A stretch of 59,436 nucleotides of DNA, counting the filler, from Jimgerdemannia flammicorona (lineage: Eukaryota), in assembly GCA_003990765.1 (NCBI GenBank). It is 2 parts of 2 records of this genome, joined end to end, with 100 filler letters (N's around TTAATTAATTAA, not from the genome) between each part and the next. Parts side by side here need not be neighbours in the genome. Positions count along the whole stretch, not along the records: positions 29,770 to 59,436 come from RBNJ01000479.1; 1 more part is not named here. One strand, written 5' to 3'. Within the stretch, counting starts at the first letter, position 1. Every line of letters starts with the position of its first letter. A model generated the notes under the pieces. The model had not been told where the DNA came from and searched no databases. It worked only from the letters and a program-made list of their open reading frames with translations. Below are positions 51,669 to 59,436 of this stretch, piece by piece. The position numbers and the translations under genes are program-made.

Positions 51669-52583
51669 ATAGCTCATAACAATATGAATGTGTACGAGTT
51701 TGCCGCCTTTGACTGGGCATGTGCTCATAAAGCCCTACGCAGAAGGTTTGATATTGTTATCAATGTGTGTATGGCAAGGCTCTGATGCGATGGATGTATT
51801 ATTCATAAGACAAGCTATATCAATAATCCACAAAATGTAAATGCTCCTGATTTCAGACTGCCAGCGTAGTGACGGTGGACAAGCTCCCTGATTTTTTGGG
51901 ATATTGTCACGCTTTGATGGAAGTAATCTGAGATTATTAACCAAACAATGTTGCGAATCAAAAATAGTTTCCTAGTTAGTTAATTACATAACACACTCTA
52001 TCTACACTTCAACTCCCAAAATTGTATGACCAACCTCAGACTCTTGACGGTCATCACCACATCGAAGACGACGTCATCTTTCCGTTCTTCGCTTCGAAGG
52101 TGGACATTACCCCTGGGAATCCGACCACGTTGAACTCGCCAAACGCATTAACGAGATCAACGCAATTATTGCCGGCTATACCTCCGATCCGACGACTTAC
52201 GACGCGTCGGCTTTCGAAGCGCTTTTCGTATCTTTGAAGGACATGGTCATTCCGCATCTTGATGCGGAAGAGAACGCGGTAACAGCGAATTTTATGGAGG
52301 AGAATTACGATACAGAGAAAGTGGCCCAATATCGTGGAGTATAGTAAGAAGCACGAGGACCCGGCGGTGGTTGTGGTATTCTTTATGATGCATATGGCTC
52401 CGGAGGATAGGCCGTGGCCAAATATTCCGTGGCCCTTGAGTAAAATCGTTGTGCCATATTTTATATATTCGAAGCGTAAGAGGTACGTTGGCTTTATACT
52501 ATTTTCGGCGTTTTTTTTTTGGAAACTGAAACTATGCCTATTCCAATTGAAGCTGGTGGACTTACTGCCCTTACAGCATTTTA
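51669..52583 (+). pseudogene. Hemerythrin/HHE-domain protein, copy 2 (frameshifted)
   Basis: First ATG is mutated to ATA (a second ATG remains at 51684). A 1-nt deletion near 52110 leads to a stop at 52237, an 11-nt deletion lies near 52328, and the original stop TGA is now TTA. Confidence 0.85.
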
Positions 52584-53945
52584 TCGGTTTACATCGTTGA
52601 AAAACCTAGCGTATATTGCCGTCTTATTTATATGTGTTGCAACTGTTAGTTAACTCCATCTATACATCATATACATTAAATGACGATATTTGAAGTCGTA
52701 TGATTCTCGTTTTTTGATGGAACATTTCGTTCGATATCTGCAAATTAATTCGGAATTGTTTATATTAAATATGTTTAACCACTGAAATTCGTGGGGTCTG
52801 CATATAATTAATAGTGTGCTGTGGTGGCTGTGCGGAGCCGTAATTTCATCGTGGGCGCAGTACGTGTCTAGCTGCAGTGTGCTCTGATAAGCGGACGTTT
52901 ATGTGGGGAAGGCGATGCCGAATCCGTTGTCTCGAATGTTTGAGAGTACGAGGGTGTGGTTGCTCGCTTTCTCTTTCGTTCCTTTCCCTCGGCAGGTCGT
53001 GGACGTCCAGAATTTGGCACATGTCTTTTTGGCAAACGGTAAGTGAAAAAAAAAAAATTTGTCGTGATGTAGAATAGAGCTTTGCCATGAGGCTGACTAT
53101 ATATTCCCTCTGTCGGGCTTTTTTCGCTCTTCCACCTGAAGCGACGAAAATGACACGAACCGCGGCTGATAGTTTTGTCAACCTGAGGGATCGATATCGT
53201 TTTTTTGACGGAAAAACCAGTAATGTAAATACCACAGTGGTCTCGGCATAAATTTGTGACGGGACGCCAGAAAGGAAACAAAGGCCCACACAGCCAGGTA
53301 CATTTACACTCCGGATTATTGATTCAAGTGTATTTATTTCATTGATCATATGTGGTATAAGCATTGTATTACAAACGCTTCATGTTTACGTCATACAGAA
53401 TCATAAAATATCAAACCCCCCCCCAAAAAAACATATCGAGTCAAATGAAACATTTCCGTCCAAACAAATCTGTGATGATCCAAAGGATGAAATATATAAG
53501 AGCCAGAATCAGAAAAATTGATTTACTTCGGTGATAATAACACATTTCGGTTCGAGAGAAGTAAATATGTGAGCGTGTGGGTACGTGTGATTGGAAACAT
53601 GGCGAAGAGCCAAGCTTATAAATATTCAGATACCCGCAATGCCGAACAGGAATAGGATGGGAAGGAGATGAGGGACCAAAAGCTCCTACGAGGGATGCAC
53701 GCATGAACAAAACGAGATGAATGCACATAATAAAGTTAAATTCGGTCTTGAATCTATCAATGTCTTTGTACAATTCTGCACAACGGACAAGCTGGAACGA
53801 GGATAGTATGTACATGAGAATCCAGCGGGAAAGAAAAAAGAGGAACATCCGATGCCAGAAGTAAAGGAATATGTGCTCGATGGTCTATAAATATTTACGA
53901 GAACTCAGGTCGGCGTTCACCTATCTTACTAATAACGGCCACCTG

Positions 53946-55306
53946 TCACATATTTGGCACCTCGTTATCTTCCTCGTCACTTGCCTCCGTCCCAGCGGCT
54001 TCACTGTCATTCGCTACAAACCCTGTCCCACAATCCGGTACGACTTGCGGGCCTTCTACCGCTCCACACCGCTCCCACCACCCCCGAAGCTCGACATCCG
54101 AGTGGACCGCGAGATCGTAGTCGAGAAAGTGCAAGAACTCGAGTTCCATACGGGTGAGCTCCTGCGGCGTGGTCCGCGGGAGGAGCGTCGCAAAGTACGG
54201 GGTCGTGCTTGTTAGGATGTGTGAAGGAGTGTGGAGATACTGCGCCGGGCGTGGTTGTGGCTGGGGAAGCGGTGACGATGGGGTTTGGACGTACGTCGGG
54301 GTCGTGGGCGGGGAATCGGGGGCTTGTTGGTTTGATTGGGGCATAATTTTGGTGACGAGCGGTGGTAGGTGATGCGATCGAGAGGACGCGAGAGGAATTT
54401 TGATGGTGAAGCGAAGTTGGGGGTGATCCGACCGAGTAGGTGTCGTTGGGGGGCTGGATGGCGTGGGTTGCTGGCGTGGCAAAAAACTTTCGTTTCTCGG
54501 TATATTTATGCTTGTAGGGGGAAGTGGCGAGGAACTAGGAAAATTCAAGTTCCTTGGTAGCGACGAAGTGGCTATAACTGTTCCCAGGGTAGAATGAATG
54601 TATTTGGCGGCGATGATGTAGGCCATAAGGAACAGTCTCTGGGTTGAACCACTTTGAGCTACTGCCGCTGGATGCTTCTATTTAATAAACAGATGACGTC
54701 AGTTCTGAACAAACCTGATCAACAACACACTGGCACTCCGGACGTGTTTATTTCGTTGCTCACCTTCCTCAGTCTGTCAATGTAGCCCATCGCCATAACC
54801 AGCGTGACCGTTGGACACACGATCGGCACAGCCGACCTGCTCACACACGACATGACGATGGCAGTCTCAAGTGGCAGGTCGCCAAAGTTGAGGGCGGTCT
54901 TATTGACAAAGAAGTGGACGAACTTGGCGAAGGCGACAGAGCGCACTGGATCCAGGGTCTCGGGCTCCCAGGTGCGCAGGATGTGCTTCGTCGTTTCGAC
55001 TTGATAAAGAAGACAAGGTGTTAGGCGGTTGGAAAGAAGAATCAGGAGACTATGTTACAAGGACGGGTTCGAAAGCTTACCTATCATACGTTCAGTTATC
55101 AGTCGTTTGGCGTTTAAGCGAATAATCTGAAGGAGCATCGCGCCCTGCGCGTAGTTCCCCCGATAAGCGTTGCTGATACATTCGAGGTGCCGTCTTTGGT
55201 TTTCGGTGGGTGTCCTCGGTTGTTTGAATGACGACTGTGGAGTACCGATCGTCTTGCGCAGAGGTTCGGCTCCCGTACCTCTCGTTGATTGTTTGGGCAA
55301 CGCCAT
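53946..55306 (-). CDS. Cyclin-like protein of the Pho85 cyclin (Pcl/Pho80) type, ~397 aa; exons 55306-55081, 54999-54764, 54677-53946
   Basis: TLVMAMGYIDRLRK, QRLFLMAYIIAAKY and ELTRMELEFLHFLDYDLAV are cyclin-box helices. Two GT-AG introns give 1194 nt in frame. Confidence 0.85.
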
Positions 55307-57393
55307 GTTTGTAAGGATTGTATGTGATGGGTGGATATGGTTGTTGTTAAGAAGGATGCTGCGGATTGAAAATATTGTATGGAAGTCGTGATGTTCGCTG
55401 TGGTTTGGTTTGTGGTTGAGTGTCGTTGAAGGTCGTCAAAGTTTGTCAACTACAAAACATCCATGTGGTCGGCATATTAACGGTTGATCTTGACGCATTG
55501 ACCTCTTGAAACTCGGGTTGTACGCGGCCGACCAATAAGCCTTGTAAACAACGATTGGGTATCGTGAAAAAAACAAAGGGTTGATCTTTGCACTTTCAAA
55601 AAGCGCCTTTGAAAGAGTGGAATGACTGGATTTGAACTTTCCTTTTTCTTTATTTTTTTTCCTCGGCAACTTGATTTTCGGACTCGCCCCTGTGCGACAT
55701 AATTTGTTCAATTCTAAGATGAAAGACCCTATGGGTACAGCGGTGTGTGTATTTCAAGCCACGTGATGTGCCAAGTTCCGGACGCCCGAAGAACACCAGG
55801 AACGGAGGTAACTAAATTGGAACGTCCCAACCCCAAGCCTCCCAAGATCAAACGACCAGTTTCCCCGGTTCTCCGGCAAGCCGAGAAACGGGGGGGTTGA
55901 TTCCGGCTAAGCTGGTAAAGCACTCATAACCCCTGGTCAACCGAAATTATTCATAGAGGCAGCTATAAACAAATAGTTATATGCAATCTCCGCGAGCTCC
56001 TAGGGATTTTAAAAATGGTCGCTTAGCAATAAACCTGGGGATGCGATTCATTGCTGGTATCTCAACCGATTGCGCGACCCCAGCCGGTTTCTCCGCCTGC
56101 GGGGTGTATGACTCAGGAATTTCGGGCTCGAGCACCGCAGCGGGCGACTCGGTGTATCGTTGCGGCGTAAACGGATGTAACCTTCGTCATCCGGTCACCA
56201 TAGCACCCGATGGTGTCGCACAAGGAGATTTTTGGTGTCACAGCGATCTACTATTCATAGGATAACGTGAGTGCCACCAGTGGCGCTGATGTGGCCACAA
56301 TACGTCGACATTCCACCTCGCCTTACGCAGATTGGGGATGATGGCTTAGCTAAACATAGGCTCGTCTGTTTGGGGGACATTACGTCTTAAATACCAAAAC
56401 GTTTAACGACCTATCGAGGAGGGAGATGTGGCCCCTTTTTTTTTATGCTTGGCTCGGTGCTCGTGTAATCATGTCCACGCGGCGCAATTTTGCATTTAAC
56501 GCTTGAGATGATTTTGCAACATTCCCGCCCTGAGGTTGTACAGCAACGCGAGTCGTCCTTGAGAGCAAACACGACATAGTGGCATTTGGTCTAGTTTCGA
56601 CCGCTCATGAGGGACCCTACCCGGTGCAAACGTTACGCAACACGAACCGTGAGGCACCTAGGTTTACGTGTGATCATGGGAAATGGTTTGAGGAAGATAA
56701 ACAAACGAAAATTAACCGTCCATAATCAACGAAGCTCCCTAAGTAACCCCTTTAAAAATGTTGACAAGCAACTGCTCTCAAGGGCGTATATTACTTTTCT
56801 ATGGCGTAGCCCTCTTGCGCGAAACAAATCCGAAACATCTCGTCATATCGACAGAAGCTTCCCGTTCTCACTAAATTTCCTACTTTTATGATCGCGACCG
56901 TCGCAATAGCCCAGACATGCACCAAGCTAATCGTAAACACAAGTCTGCACAGCCCGGTCGGATTGCCGCGTTTTCCAGATGCCGTATTCAAACCAACTGT
57001 TTGGGTCTGTCACCGACGCCTACTGTAGTCTGTTCGAGCTAGTCAGGTGAAATTGCTGGCAAATTTCTCCGCGACAGGACCGTTGAACAATGAAATAAAT
57101 GACAATTTACCGCCGTTTTGTAAATATTTTGCTTTCTTTCCGGCTTCTATCCTCTTTGTTTCTCTTGCTTGTTTCTCCGCTTCGAATGGGCAAGATCAGG
57201 GATTATTGAACGGAGTACCCCAGATGGTACGTTCGCAGTTTATGTGCTCTGAACATCAAACATGCGGGCCTTAACCTTTGCGATCTGCTGACACACCCGA
57301 CCCCAAGTATTTCTCTTTATCGCCCTTCCCGTCAAGCATGGATGGCACCAGAATGGTGAGTGGCGGATGACACGTTTTCCCAAGGCTATCCGG

Positions 57394-57546
57394 AACAGGG
57401 GATGATCAGGAGGCGGTAATAATCATATCGGTCCTGCCTGGGGATCGGATGGAAAAGATGAATGAGAGAACAGGGGATGATCAGGAGGCGGTAATCATCA
57501 TATCGGTCTTGCCTGGTGGGGGTCAGATGGAAAAGATGGATGAGAG
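57394..57546. repeat. ~75-bp tandem duplication
   Basis: aacaggggatgatcaggaggcggtaat.atcatatcggtc.tgcctgg...gatggaaaagatg.atgagag occurs twice. Confidence 0.9.
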
Positions 57547-59405
57547 GTACATAATGGTAATAAGAGATAGACCGATACCATTATTGTTGTCCCTTTTGTC
57601 GATTAAAAGGCCATGACAAAATCCCCCTCCCCAAATAAAAAAAGAAAATAATAATAATAAAAAATAATAATAACAATAATAAAATGGCAACAAAAGATAA
57701 ATTCACGATTAGTCCAAATATAGGCATTTGGCGGGGAGAACTAGCAGGTTCCACATTTCAAAAAAAGATATCGAGCTATAATTATTTCCCATGCACGAGA
57801 TCCAACAATAATCCGCACCAAATTAGGGAGATGTGTACCACCTCCACAGCTGTTTTTTTTGAAACCGAGCCACATGGACGTCAGGCAGGCCGATGGATAC
57901 CGCCCGATTGGGTCAACAAATTAAGCCACCAATGGTCAGGTAGCTTCAATGACCACCCCCCTCCTTGTCTCTTCAGGATATGTTACGTATTGACGAAGGC
58001 CGCCTGGAACCGTGCCGGATGACCGAGGGAGACGCGTCTCTCAGGGGGCATGCCGAAATGCTTGCGACAAAGGCATTATCTTTGATGTAATTCGAAATCT
58101 TTCATTTCAGTCGATACATGGATACCCCTTCTTGGCAAAGATAGATAATTGATCCCGAGCCCTCCTTTAGTCTGAAAGATTGTGTTCTCCTTTCAATTTT
58201 AATGGTGCGTTTCGCGTTAGACAACCTGTGCGTAAACCTTACGGATAAACCTCATCATGAGAAAATACTGACTCGGGAATGAGGATCCAGAGCACCGAAA
58301 GTCCCCCATAAACACATGACAATGCATCGGTGATATGCAGAGCAATCCCGGCCTCCTTTTGACACTTTCTACTCCACCAGCATGTCGCTTTACATTTCCT
58401 CGCTCGGGGCATTGTAGAGGTAAATTGTTATGGAGTCCTCGTGCTCGTTATCTCACTGTGCATGAAAACTCAATTTCACGCAGCAGTTGAATCAACACAA
58501 TGTGTCGAATTTTCATATTCACTTCACACTTTACGAACTATCTTTTTGTTTCCCCGACATGATGCCGTCAATGCCGACTAGTCGTCAACTCTCGACCGGT
58601 AAAGGACCCTGTCCCTTGCTTTCGTACCACAGGCACAAGACGCTCGGTCTTAGATCCGATCCGAGCGAGACCGCGTTGTCCGGCCGACCGGCCGAAGCCA
58701 TGTGTCAATTGAGAACTTTGTGTCAATCTTTCTTCCGCTCTAGACGCTGACTTTTTAATTACGCAGCTGGCTGCGGCACCGCGACGAAGCTGCAGGGTGA
58801 TGTGTCATCTCAACTGACGCGATTATAGAGCAAATAAAAATGTGACGTGAATTGAAAATTATTTGTGTCTGGCAGAACATACAAGTTTAGCGACGATTAC
58901 GCAGATTCCCCGTGTCTTGTTTCATTTTTATTTTATTTTTAATATTTTTAGCTTATTAGCTGATTTTACGCTTTCGAAGCACCAAATTTTATTGGGAAGC
59001 ATTCCATGACTCACAACGTCACGATCCCCGCCAAGCCCCATTGATAGTTCTTGATAACGGTGCAAGGGAATGGCGGCGATGGTTTGGGCATCAGCATGGA
59101 GTACAGATATCCCCCAGCGCTAAGACAATGAAGCGGCCCGTCCACGGTTCATATCGATTGTATCTCGCCTCGATTCACGCGTACCACAACAATGTCCGGC
59201 TAAACTAAGGAAGAATATTGGGTCGTCGTTCGGTACGAAGATGCCGGACCGCGAGAGTGTCGAACGGTTATTCCCTCAAACCGATGTTGGAGAGTTTTGT
59301 TCGTCCTGCAAAAATGTAGTTTATATTACATTATCAGGCGATTCGCATATAAGCATAATCACCGTCTGATGACAAAGTGGGAGAAGGAACAAGGAAGTAG
59401 GACAA

Positions 59406-59436
<31 letters not shown>

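Larger units (their letters stand above)
38895..53425 (+). repeat. Head-to-tail segmental duplication: unit 1 ~38895-43930, unit 2 ~43930-53425 (including a 5.1 kb transposon)
   Basis: cgttgctg.cagg..gtgacttgaagcta occurs at ~38900 and ~43935; aagcattg.att.c.aacgcttca occurs at ~43850 and ~53360. Genes, introns and spacers are colinear. Confidence 0.92.

Noticed and set aside
32647..55765. CACGTG E-box/Pho4-like motifs upstream of the methyltransferase (32647), ALDH (35827), hemerythrin 1 (41526) and cyclin (55760)
   Set aside because: A 6-mer at this frequency is compatible with chance, and it also occurs in non-promoter positions (e.g. ~37872).
55400..59436. Short ORFs in the final 4 kb
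   Set aside because: No motifs, codon bias or splice model; reads as the long upstream/intergenic region of the cyclin gene.

Overview
Eukaryotic, intron-containing DNA, almost certainly fungal; gene and transposon style suggest an early-diverging lineage, which is an inference. The left half (3.7-29.7 kb) is a nest of degenerate, CpG-depleted Ty3/gypsy LTR retrotransposons. Element A is complete, on the minus strand (4555-13344), with ~1.55 kb LTRs, a 4-bp TSD, and dUTPase between PR and RT. Its LTR carries a ~275-codon reading frame of unknown function. Element B is a complete chromovirus on the plus strand (17470-23424), with dUTPase upstream of PR, inserted into a much older element C. 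A second family-A copy (25621-29669) is cut by an artificial 100-bp N/TTAATTAATTAA linker. The right half is gene-rich: a SAM-dependent methyltransferase, an aldehyde dehydrogenase, a head-to-tail duplicated [catechol O-methyltransferase + hemerythrin/HHE] cassette whose second unit carries a decayed Tc1/IS630-like DNA transposon, and a Pho85-type cyclin. A ~940-bp foldback and an intronless orphan ORF lie at the window start. The most novel-looking signal is the conserved, acidic-tailed ORF inside the U3 of the family-A LTR, an arrangement like retroviral nef/sag/bel.
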